Under the pieces are notes generated by a model. It was not told the DNA's origin. It ran no database searches and saw nothing but the letters and a program-made list of their open reading frames with translations. This document shows positions 1-8,177 of a stretch of 32,762 nt of DNA, one piece after another (within the stretch, counting starts at the first letter, position 1; the number at the start of each line of letters is the position of its first letter). This DNA comes from Brachymonas sp. (GTDB lineage Bacteria > Pseudomonadota > Gammaproteobacteria > Burkholderiales > Burkholderiaceae_C): contig JAGPIR010000001.1 of the NCBI GenBank assembly GCA_018054915.1, positions 1 through 32,762 of the forward strand. The letters are read 5' to 3'. The position numbers and the translations under genes are program-made.

Positions 1-12
1 ATTAAATAGTAG

Positions 13-780
13 TCAGGAAATGGGGTCGCCGCAGCGTGCATGCTCGGCGGGGATGGGGGATGCACGACGAATTTTTCGGGCAATCAGCGTTTTCTGGCAT
101 TCCAGAACAGGCATCAGGGGTTCGAGAACCTCAGGCACAGCCATGGCCGCCATATCGACGCTCTGCTGCGCGTGCGCAAATCGTCCAAGGCGCCGTTGGT
201 ATTCGGCTTGTAACAGCAAGTAATCCAGCTGGCTGCGCTCGGTTTGTGTACGCTCCTTCAATAGGCGCGCCAACACCGGCAGCGCCTGCTGGCGATAGCG
301 GTCTCCTCCCCGCCATGCCGCTACCTGTAATAGGCGCAGTTGCAAAGGCAAGGGCTCATTCAGTGCGCGCGCCATGAGAAAGGCCCGCGCATACACAGGT
401 TTTGACGCAAATCCTTGTTGTTTAACCAGAGGTCGCAAACGACGAATCTCTGCCGGCGAAAACTTCTGCTTGTAAAGTACAAAACCGTTATCCGGGCACT
501 GGGGCAACGGCCATGGCAAATCCTCTGCACCATACGGTTGCATGTCCAGCGCAATGCCTTTTGCCGTGCTGAAACGGTCCATACGAAAACTGAATATTTT
601 TCCTCCCAGCGGACAGGCAATGGTTTCATACTGCGCCATAACCCTATGACCGTCGTTTACACGCTTGGAAATTGCTGGTCCGCGCGCACAGGCAACAAGC
701 CCCAGGCTACCCAACAGCGTCAACGCCACGGCTGGACAACGTTGTGCCACTCGCAGACAGGCGGGGGAAATTTTGGTCAT
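13..780 (-). CDS. Uncharacterised putative lipoprotein, DUF2225-like
   Basis: ORF 13..786, with ATG at 780 preferred. Hydrophobic stretch ends in lipobox-like LVAC. CPLGGKIF...PWPLPQCPDNGFV and C-terminal LLLQAEYQRRLGRF resemble DUF2225-type proteins (from memory, not searched). Confidence 0.65.
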   Translation of the reverse strand: MTKISPACLRVAQRCPAVALTLLGSLGLVACARGPAISKRVNDGHRVMAQYETIACPLGGKIFSFRMDRFSTAKGIALDMQPYGAEDLPWPLPQCPDNGFVLYKQKFSPAEIRRLRPLVKQQGFASKPVYARAFLMARALNEPLPLQLRLLQVAAWRGGDRYRQQALPVLARLLKERTQTERSQLDYLLLQAEYQRRLGRFAHAQQSVDMAAMAVPEVLEPLMPVLECQKTLIARKIRRASPIPAEHARCGDPIS

Positions 781-792
781 TCGCAAAAGCTG

Positions 793-1152
793 TCACGCAG
801 GGTTATCGTCAAGCTTGGCATACAGTGCGCGGATGCGTGTTTCGGGCACCCGTTTTTGCATAAGCTGGATCAGACCATCTCCATCGATCATGGGGCGCAA
901 CACCTCCACTTCAGCCGGATGAAACGTCACATTCCAATTGGTGATTTCGCTGTTGAACTCTTCGTCGGTCCAGGTTTTGCATTTGGCCAGACAAACCACC
1001 AAGGGCATGGCCTTGTTTTCAATGAAGGATTTTTTATAAGGCTTTTGTTGCCACCGGCTGGCAAACCATTGCTTGTGATCAGGCGGCAAGGTAAGCAGCC
1101 GCTTGTTGATGGCTTTTTCAATCGACGCAAGGGGAAAGCTGTAGAGTTTCAC
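793..1152 (-). CDS. Hypothetical protein, 119 aa (MKLYSFPLASIEKAINKRLL...)
   Basis: 3' part of track ORF 793..1434. GTG at 1152 follows an AGGGAG SD just after the carA stop; the upstream extension overlaps carA and is discarded. Confidence 0.75.
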   Translation of the reverse strand: MKLYSFPLASIEKAINKRLLTLPPDHKQWFASRWQQKPYKKSFIENKAMPLVVCLAKCKTWTDEEFNSEITNWNVTFHPAEVEVLRPMIDGDGLIQLMQKRVPETRIRALYAKLDDNPA

Positions 1153-1168
1153 GCCTGACTCCCTGAGG

Positions 1169-2335
1169 CTATTGGGCGCCGCGCATGCGCTGCGTGAAGC
1201 GGTCGAACAGGTAGGCAATATCGTGGGGCCCGGGCGATGCCTCGGGGTGACCCTGGAAGCAGAATGCCGGGCAATCCGTGCGCTCCAGCCCCTGGAGGGT
1301 CCCATCAAACAGGCTGACGTGCGTGGCGCGCAAATTGGCTGGCAAGCTGTCGGCCTCCACTGCAAAGCCATGATTCTGGCTGGTGATACTGACACGGCCG
1401 GTGTCCAGGTCCTTGACCGGGTGGTTGCCGCCATGGTGGCCGAATTTCATTTTGAACGTTTTCGCGCCGCTGGCCAGCGCCAGTAATTGGTGTCCCAGGC
1501 AAATGCCGAACAACGGCAATTTGCGCTCCATGAAGGAGCGTGCGGCCTCGATAGCATAGCCACAGGGCTGCGGATCACCCGGTCCATTGCTCAGAAACAC
1601 ACCATCTGGCTGCATGGCCAGCACGTCTGCGGCCGGGGTCTGCGCCGGCACCACGGTCACATCGCAGCCGCGTTGCGTCAGCATGCGCAGGATGTTGAAC
1701 TTCACACCGAAGTCGTATGCCACCACCTTCAGCGGCTTTTCTGCAGGTGCACCGTACCCCTTGCCCAGTACCCATTCGCCCTGTGTCCAGGCGTAGGGTT
1801 TTGCGCAGCTTACCTCTCTGGCCAGATCCAGTCCCACCATGGACGATGCGGCGCTGGCCATTGCAATAGCGCGGTCGATGTCAGCCTGCGTAGGAACAGC
1901 GTTTCCTTCCAAGGCCAGAATACAGCCATTTTGTGCGCCGTGCAGCCGCAGGTGCCGGGTGAGCCTGCGGGTGTCGATATTGGCAATGGCAACGGTGCCC
2001 GTGCTTCGCAAATAATCCTGCAGGCTTTGCTCGCTGCGGAAATTGGACGCTAACAGAGGCAGGTTCTGGATCACCAACCCCGCCGCAAACACCCGCGCGG
2101 CCTCTACGTCTTCAGCATTGGTTCCGTAATTGCCAATATGCGGATAGGTCAGTGTGACGATCTGGCGGCAGTAGCTTGGATCTGTCAGGATCTCCTGGTA
2201 GCCGGTCATGGAAGTATTGAAAACCACTTCGCCGACTGTCTGCCCCGGCGCACCAACGGCGCTACCGACGAAAACAGTGCCATCGGCCAGCGCCAACAAG
2301 GCTGCTGGAAAGGACTTGTGCAGAAAAAAGGGCAC
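1169..2335 (-). CDS. carA: Carbamoyl-phosphate synthase small subunit
   Basis: [22 protein letters not shown], catalytic GICLGHQ and [13 protein letters not shown] motifs. GTG at 2335 follows a GGAG SD. Confidence 0.97.
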   Translation of the reverse strand: MPFFLHKSFPAALLALADGTVFVGSAVGAPGQTVGEVVFNTSMTGYQEILTDPSYCRQIVTLTYPHIGNYGTNAEDVEAARVFAAGLVIQNLPLLASNFRSEQSLQDYLRSTGTVAIANIDTRRLTRHLRLHGAQNGCILALEGNAVPTQADIDRAIAMASAASSMVGLDLAREVSCAKPYAWTQGEWVLGKGYGAPAEKPLKVVAYDFGVKFNILRMLTQRGCDVTVVPAQTPAADVLAMQPDGVFLSNGPGDPQPCGYAIEAARSFMERKLPLFGICLGHQLLALASGAKTFKMKFGHHGGNHPVKDLDTGRVSITSQNHGFAVEADSLPANLRATHVSLFDGTLQGLERTDCPAFCFQGHPEASPGPHDIAYLFDRFTQRMRGAQ

Positions 2336-2543
2336 TGGGGATCTCTCCGCAAAAAGTAACGATATCAAGCGATGCAGCGCACGTGCCTGAACCAAGATTC
2401 TCGTCACTTCGAGCCGAAGCGGAGCGCAGCAGCACTCACATGTGTGTACTTTTCCTGGAAAACACGGCGAGACCGGTCTGCTGTGAAAACTGCTGCGACC
2501 GGCATGGCTGGCACGCCGTTACAGACAGTTTGTGAAGCGCTTC

Positions 2544-2549
2544 ATTATA
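2544..2549 (-). promoter_or_regulatory. Candidate sigma70 -10 box (TATAAT) for carA, implying a leader of about 200 nt
   Basis: Perfect TATAAT on the minus strand overlapping the stop codon of the upstream methyltransferase gene; no clear -35. Confidence 0.55.
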
Positions 2550-3354
2550 CCCGTGAAGCCTGACAGGACTGGGATGTTGCACTGGCATGCAGACAAATGG
2601 CAGCGGCAGCAGCCACGTTCAGGGACTCTTCTCCCCCAGGCTGGTCAATCCGGACCAACTGAGCCGCGCGTTGCACCAAGTCGCTGTCGACGCCCTGACC
2701 TTCGTGGCCAAAAACCCATGCACTGGGTGTGGGCAATGTCACCCGGTGCAACAGGTCAGAACCCTGCAGGTGTGTGACCAACAGCGGCACTCGCAAATGG
2801 TCCACATCATGCAACGTACAGCCTTCGAACAGATACAGGCCAAAATGCGCCCCCATGCCGGCACGCAGGACTTTGGGTGACCACAATGCGGCCGTGCCCT
2901 GCAAGGCAAGAACCTGTTTGAATCCGAGTGCACTTGCGCTACGCAATATGGAACCAACATTGCCGGCATCCTGAATGCGATCCAGAATGACCGTATTGGC
3001 CGTGGCATCCACATTTCCGCGATGTTGCAACATGGCGGCGGCATCCAGCACATATCCCATCTGTGCGGCCGATTCCAGCGGGCTCAATTGGCCAAATAGT
3101 GCATCTTCTAACACATGCACACGGCGCAATCCGGCATGCCATCCTTGTGCAACTCCTTGTTCCCACAGGCCCCGGCTGAAAACAGCAGCTTCCGGCTGAA
3201 CGCCGCGCTCCAATGCCGCCCGGCACAGATGATCGCCTTCGAGCCAGATTTTGCCCTGCTTGCGGTAAGCGTTCGGTTCGTGTATGAGCCGGCGCAGGTT
3301 CTTAAAAAGGGGGTTGTCGCGCGAGGCAATATGAACCACGGACGGAGTCTTCAC
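2545..3354 (-). CDS. TrmH/SpoU-family (SPOUT) RNA methyltransferase
   Basis: ILDRIQDAGNVGSILRS, FGHEGQGV and EESLNVAAAAAICL motifs. GTG start overlaps the rnhB stop. Confidence 0.93.
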   Translation of the reverse strand: MKTPSVVHIASRDNPLFKNLRRLIHEPNAYRKQGKIWLEGDHLCRAALERGVQPEAAVFSRGLWEQGVAQGWHAGLRRVHVLEDALFGQLSPLESAAQMGYVLDAAAMLQHRGNVDATANTVILDRIQDAGNVGSILRSASALGFKQVLALQGTAALWSPKVLRAGMGAHFGLYLFEGCTLHDVDHLRVPLLVTHLQGSDLLHRVTLPTPSAWVFGHEGQGVDSDLVQRAAQLVRIDQPGGEESLNVAAAAAICLHASATSQSCQASRV

Positions 3355-3989
3355 TATCCTGCCTCCTGTCTGAGTAAGATTGCTGTAACGGGTGCAAATC
3401 CACAGCGATGCGCAGGCGTTGGCCCCAACCGCTGCAAGGCGGCTAGGTGTTCAGCCGTACCGTAGCCTTTGTGTTTGGCAAATCCATAACCCGGAAATTG
3501 CTCGTCGTACTGCATACACCAGCGGTCACGCGTGACCTTGGCAAGAATGGAGGCTGCCGAAATGGCCGGCACCAGAGCGTCACCCTGCACCACGGCTTCG
3601 GCACGAATCTTGAGCACGGGCAAACAGTTGCCGTCCACCAGCACCTTGTAGGGTGGCAAACGCAACCCCTCTACCGCCCGGCGCATGGCCAGCAAGGTTG
3701 CCTGCAGGATGTTGAGTTGTGCAATTTCTTCCACGCTGGCGCTTGCCACGCAGCAGCACAGGGCTTTGGCCCGGATTTCATCATGCAATTGCTCGCGCCT
3801 GGTGGCAGACAGTTTTTTGGAATCGGCCAGACCCTGGATGGGCTGCTGCTCATCCAGAATCACGGCGGCAGCCACCACAGGCCCCGCCAGAGGGCCGCGT
3901 CCGGCCTCATCCACTCCCGCGATGAGGCCATCTGGAGCGTCCCAGCACAGACTGGACTGCTCAGCGTGCAAGAACCTGTTGGATCGCAT
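3354..3989 (-). CDS. rnhB: Ribonuclease HII
   Basis: [31 protein letters not shown] and HKGYGT motifs; follows lpxB. ATG at 3989 is chosen but the start is uncertain. Confidence 0.96.
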   Translation of the reverse strand: MRSNRFLHAEQSSLCWDAPDGLIAGVDEAGRGPLAGPVVAAAVILDEQQPIQGLADSKKLSATRREQLHDEIRAKALCCCVASASVEEIAQLNILQATLLAMRRAVEGLRLPPYKVLVDGNCLPVLKIRAEAVVQGDALVPAISAASILAKVTRDRWCMQYDEQFPGYGFAKHKGYGTAEHLAALQRLGPTPAHRCGFAPVTAILLRQEAG

Positions 3990-5109
3990 GAGCAGACAAG
4001 GTTGCAGTGTCGCGCTGCAAATCGGCATGCAGTGCGGAAAACCGCTGTTGCACGGCCACGATGCGCGCCGGATTATCGAACCAGGCCTCTACGGCATCGG
4101 CTAACTTTTGCGGCGTGGCATTTTCCTGCAACAGTTCGGGCACCACAAAATCCCGACACAAGATGTTGGGCAGTCCCACCCAAGGCTGCAACTGTTTGCT
4201 GCGCATGATGCGTGCCGACAGGGGGTGCACTGCATAGGAAATCACCATAGGACGCTTGAGCAGGGCTGCCTCCAGGGTGGCTGTACCACTGGCAATCAGG
4301 GTCACGTCACAGGCTGTCAACGCCGCATGGGACTGTCCATCAAGCACCGTGATGACCTGCTCCAGGCCAGCTGCCTGCACCAGGCTGCGCAGCCGCGCAC
4401 AATACCCTGTGGCAGCCGGCAATACGGTATGCAGTTCTGGTCGACGCTGCCGCAGCAAGCGCACCGTTTCGAGAAAACGTGGGGCCAGGTATGCAATCTC
4501 GGAATCACGGCTGCCTGGCAAAACAGCCAGAACCTCCGCGTCTTGCGGCAATTGCAGTTGCTGGCGTGCTGCTTTCCTATCCGGCTCCCTCGGAAAGACA
4601 TTGGCCAGAGGATGTCCGACATAGGTGGCGGCAATGCCGTGCTGCTCCAGCAAGGCCGGCTCGAACGGAAACAGGCACAGCACGTGGTCTGCACTGCGGC
4701 GGATGGCGTCAACGCGGTGCGCCCGCCAGGCCCAGATAGAAGGGCATACGAAATGCACCGTGCGAATGCCCTGCTGACGCAGGTTTTCTTCGAGGCCGAA
4801 ATTGAAATCCGGAGCATCCACACCGATGAACAGGTCGGGTTTTTCATGCAGGAACCGCTGCTGCAGCTTTCTGCGAATGCGCCACAGGCCGTAGACACGC
4901 TTAAGTACTTCGAAGCTGTAACCATGCACGGCCAGCAACTGGCTGGGCCAGTGCGCCACAAACCCCTGCTGCTCCATGAGCGGACCTCCGATGCCACTGG
5001 CCTGCCAGTGGAGCCAATGCTGTCCTACCCCCTGCAGCAACAGGCTGGCCAAGAGATCACCTGAAGCTTCGCCTGCCACCATGCCGATGCGCAAAGTCTC
5101 TTGTTCCAT
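3961..5109 (-). CDS. lpxB: Lipid-A-disaccharide synthase
   Basis: [28 protein letters not shown] and SGTATLE motifs. Confidence 0.97.
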   Translation of the reverse strand: MEQETLRIGMVAGEASGDLLASLLLQGVGQHWLHWQASGIGGPLMEQQGFVAHWPSQLLAVHGYSFEVLKRVYGLWRIRRKLQQRFLHEKPDLFIGVDAPDFNFGLEENLRQQGIRTVHFVCPSIWAWRAHRVDAIRRSADHVLCLFPFEPALLEQHGIAATYVGHPLANVFPREPDRKAARQQLQLPQDAEVLAVLPGSRDSEIAYLAPRFLETVRLLRQRRPELHTVLPAATGYCARLRSLVQAAGLEQVITVLDGQSHAALTACDVTLIASGTATLEAALLKRPMVISYAVHPLSARIMRSKQLQPWVGLPNILCRDFVVPELLQENATPQKLADAVEAWFDNPARIVAVQQRFSALHADLQRDTATLSAHAIQQVLAR

Positions 5110-5163
5110 AAAGCGCAAGACAATTAGCTGGATGAAAGTTGGCGTTTGCCGCGCGGCCCTGCG

Positions 5164-5952
5164 TCAGCGCACAATGCCGCGCTTGCTGCCTGCCAGAAAG
5201 TCCAGCATGACGCGGATATCGTTCTCGGCCTGGGAATTTTCCTTCACCAGAGCGGCAATGGATGCGCGCGACTGCTCCAGCGAAAGCCCATCGCGATACA
5301 ACAGCTTGTACATGGCCTTGATGGCGGCAATGCGTTCGGCAGAAAAGCCCCGGCGGCGCAAGCCCTCGATGTTGAAACTGCGCGGCTGACCCGGATTGCC
5401 ATCCACCAGCATGTAGGGCGGAATATCCTGGTTAACGGCCGAGTTCGACCCCATCATGGCATGCACACCCACACGGCAGAACTGGTGCACGCCCGACTGC
5501 CCGCCAATAATGGCCCAGTCGTGCACATGCACGTGCCCCGCCAGCCCGACGTAGCTGGCCAGTATGGTGTGACTGCCCAACTGCACGTCGTGGGCAATGT
5601 GCACCGAGGACATGATCCAGTTGTCATCACCCAAGCGCGTGCATCCGCTGTCCTGTACGGTTCCCGTGTTGATCGTGCAGAACTCGCGGATCGTGTTGCG
5701 GTTGCCAATTTCCAGTCGAGTGGGCTCGCCGGCGTATTTCTTGTCTTGCGGAGCGCCGCCAATGGCATTATGCGAATAGATGCGGTTGTCTTGCCCGATC
5801 GTTGTATGCCCTTCGATCACGCAATGTGAACCGATCGAGGTGCGCGCACCCAAGACGACATGGGGGCCGATGACGGTAAAGGCGCCAATCGTGGCATCGG
5901 GCGCCACGCTGGCGGATGGATCAACCAGGGCTGTAGGATGAATCTGCGCCAC
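5164..5952 (-). CDS. lpxA: UDP-N-acetylglucosamine O-acyltransferase
   Basis: Hexapeptide repeats; PQDKKY, HIAHD, LAGHV, VHQF and NIEGLRRRGF motifs. Confidence 0.97.
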   Translation of the reverse strand: MAQIHPTALVDPSASVAPDATIGAFTVIGPHVVLGARTSIGSHCVIEGHTTIGQDNRIYSHNAIGGAPQDKKYAGEPTRLEIGNRNTIREFCTINTGTVQDSGCTRLGDDNWIMSSVHIAHDVQLGSHTILASYVGLAGHVHVHDWAIIGGQSGVHQFCRVGVHAMMGSNSAVNQDIPPYMLVDGNPGQPRSFNIEGLRRRGFSAERIAAIKAMYKLLYRDGLSLEQSRASIAALVKENSQAENDIRVMLDFLAGSKRGIVR

Positions 5953-5956
5953 GGAA

Positions 5957-6415
5957 TCAGTCCTCGATCTTGCGCACGGCGCACATCAGGTCGGCTTCGC
6001 AGGCGACTTCACCATCGATCGTGGCCACCGCATGGTATTTGTAGATGCCGGCACGCGCGCGATCGGCCGTTACCTCGATGATCAACTGATCGCCCGCGAT
6101 GACCGGACGTTTGAAGCGGGCATTGTCGATACCGGCGAAGTAATACAGCGTATCGGTATCCGGTCCGTCGTCGCTGCCCGGATACGTCAGCAACAGCGAA
6201 GAGGCCTGCGCCATGGCTTCGAGCACCAGAACGCCCGGCATGACCGGCCGGTGCGGAAAATGACCCCCGAAGAATGGTTCGTTGATCGTGACGTTCTTCA
6301 GGGCCTTGAGCCGCTTGTTGGGCATTTCGACTTCAAGAATACGGTCAATCAGCAGAAACGGATAGCGATGCGGCAACCGCTGCATCACCTTGAAAATATT
6401 CATTGGAAGCGTCAT
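5957..6415 (-). CDS. fabZ: 3-hydroxyacyl-ACP dehydratase
   Basis: [26 protein letters not shown] and [12 protein letters not shown] motifs. Confidence 0.97.
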   Translation of the reverse strand: MTLPMNIFKVMQRLPHRYPFLLIDRILEVEMPNKRLKALKNVTINEPFFGGHFPHRPVMPGVLVLEAMAQASSLLLTYPGSDDGPDTDTLYYFAGIDNARFKRPVIAGDQLIIEVTADRARAGIYKYHAVATIDGEVACEADLMCAVRKIED

Positions 6416-7410
6416 GGTTTCTGGAGTTCCAGCAGTTGTTGTTCGAGAGCCTTGATACGGTCACGCAGCCTGTGCAACTGTTTGGCGGTGGCTGCATTTT
6501 TTTCCCAGGCGGCATTATCGTCGATGGGGAAGAAGCCGGTATAGACGCCTGGTTTGTGCAACGAGCGCGAGGCGAACGACGTGGCCGAGATATGCACCCC
6601 TTCGGCCAGTGTGATGTGCCCCATGATGTTGGCCGCACCGCCAATGGTGCAGCCCGCACCCACCGTGGTGCTGCCGGCAATGCCAGCGCACGCCGCCATG
6701 GCCACGTTGCGCCCCAGGTGCACGTTGTGAGCGATCTGTATCAAGTTGTCGAGTTTGACGCCATCCTCGATCACTGTATCGCCAATCGCGCCACGGTCAA
6801 TGCAGGTATTGGCGCCGATTTCCACATCGTTGCCAACGCGCACCCGCCCCAGTTGCTCGATCTTGATCCACTGGCCCTGCTCCTGCGCAAAGCCAAAACC
6901 ATCTGCACCAATGACCGCCCCCGGATGCACAATGCAACGCTCGCCAATGGCGCAATCTTCACTGAGCGTGACCCGTGATTTAAGCCAGGAGCCGGTGCCC
7001 ACTGAGGCTCCCCGCTCCACCACGCACAGGGGGCCGATGATGGCATCGGGCGCGACCTGGGCATCGGCATGCACAAAAGCCGTCGGATGAATGTGGTAAT
7101 CGGGGTCCGGGCAGTTGTGCTTTTTCCACCATTGGCTCAGATGGGCAAAACCCGCATAAGGATTGCCCATCACGATGTGGTTCAGGCCACGGTTGCGGGC
7201 CAACTCTTCGGCCCAGGGCGCGACCAGCACACAGCCAGCCTCCGTATCCTGTAGATGCGCCAGGAACTGGCGGTTGCTCAGAAAGGTAATACTGTCGGTA
7301 TCAGCTGCCGTCAAGGGGGCAATACGACTAATGAACTGGTCGCGATTGCCGTGAAAAACACCGCCATGCGCCTCCAAAAAATCAGCAATTTCTCCAAGTT
7401 TTGTTGACAT
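6412..7410 (-). CDS. lpxD: UDP-3-O-(3-hydroxyacyl)glucosamine N-acyltransferase
   Basis: [21 protein letters not shown] and [10 protein letters not shown] motifs; AAGGGA SD. Confidence 0.97.
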   Translation of the reverse strand: MSTKLGEIADFLEAHGGVFHGNRDQFISRIAPLTAADTDSITFLSNRQFLAHLQDTEAGCVLVAPWAEELARNRGLNHIVMGNPYAGFAHLSQWWKKHNCPDPDYHIHPTAFVHADAQVAPDAIIGPLCVVERGASVGTGSWLKSRVTLSEDCAIGERCIVHPGAVIGADGFGFAQEQGQWIKIEQLGRVRVGNDVEIGANTCIDRGAIGDTVIEDGVKLDNLIQIAHNVHLGRNVAMAACAGIAGSTTVGAGCTIGGAANIMGHITLAEGVHISATSFASRSLHKPGVYTGFFPIDDNAAWEKNAATAKQLHRLRDRIKALEQQLLELQKP

Positions 7411-7598
7411 GACGTCCCTTTCAGAAAAATGGATCTGCCCGCAACCCGTGATCCAGTATCAGTGCCAAAGACCTGTCAAACGGACACCTGTATTGCCCTG
7501 AACTGGCATGCGCTGACAGCCAAACGGCAGGCCTCCAGATATGACGACACCAGATGCTGAGGGCACGTCCTCCCGTCTCGGCACTACAACCCCGCAAA

Positions 7599-7628
7599 CA
7601 GAAAGGCGCCCGCAGGCGCCTTTTTCTG
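7599..7628 (-). terminator. Intrinsic terminator after skp, possibly bidirectional
   Basis: AAAGGCGCC-cgca-GGCGCCTTT stem-loop with T-rich tails on both strands, 12 nt past the skp stop. Confidence 0.75.
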
Positions 7629-7640
7629 CACTACGCAGCA

Positions 7641-8177
7641 TCACTTCTCGGCATTCAGCGTACGCAACACCTTGTCGGTAATATCGATGCGATTGTTGAT
7701 ATATGCAGCTTCTTGGATGATAACGTCATACTTTTCCTGTTTAGCTATTTGCTCAATCATCCGGTTGGCCTTCTGGATGAAACGCTGCAATTCGTCGTTT
7801 TTCCGGTTGTTGAGATCTTCCTGAAATTCCTGCCGCTTGCGCTGAAAATCGGCATCCTGTGCCATAAGCTGCTGCTGTTTGGCGTTGCGCTGATCTTCCG
7901 GTATCTTGGGTGCATCCTGCTCAAACTGGTCGATGGCCTTTTTCAAGGTGTTGGCTTGCGTCAACAATTGACGCTCACGACCGGAAAATTCCTGCTTGAG
8001 TTTGTTCTGGGCGGCTTTGGACGCTTCCGCTTCACTGAACAGGCGCTCTGCGTTGACAAATCCGATGCGCGTGGGAGCAGCGTCCTGCCCATGCACAGCC
8101 AAGGGCATTGACAGAAACGCGCATACGGCCAATGCGAGAGACAGACGATTGCTTTTGGAGTAAGTGGAAGTATTCAT
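7641..8177 (-). CDS. skp: Periplasmic chaperone Skp/OmpH
   Basis: Signal peptide, RIGFVNAERLF, coiled-coil body and DITDKVL C-terminus; lies between bamA and lpxD. Confidence 0.93.
   Translation of the reverse strand: MNTSTYSKSNRLSLALAVCAFLSMPLAVHGQDAAPTRIGFVNAERLFSEAEASKAAQNKLKQEFSGRERQLLTQANTLKKAIDQFEQDAPKIPEDQRNAKQQQLMAQDADFQRKRQEFQEDLNNRKNDELQRFIQKANRMIEQIAKQEKYDVIIQEAAYINNRIDITDKVLRTLNAEK

Noticed and set aside
1153-1434. Upstream half of ORF 793..1434
   Set aside because: It lies mostly within carA in another frame; an SD and GTG exist at 1152.
7459-7644. 61-aa ORF between skp and lpxD
   Set aside because: It runs through a terminator hairpin and has no protein-like features; the RNA structure explains the region better.
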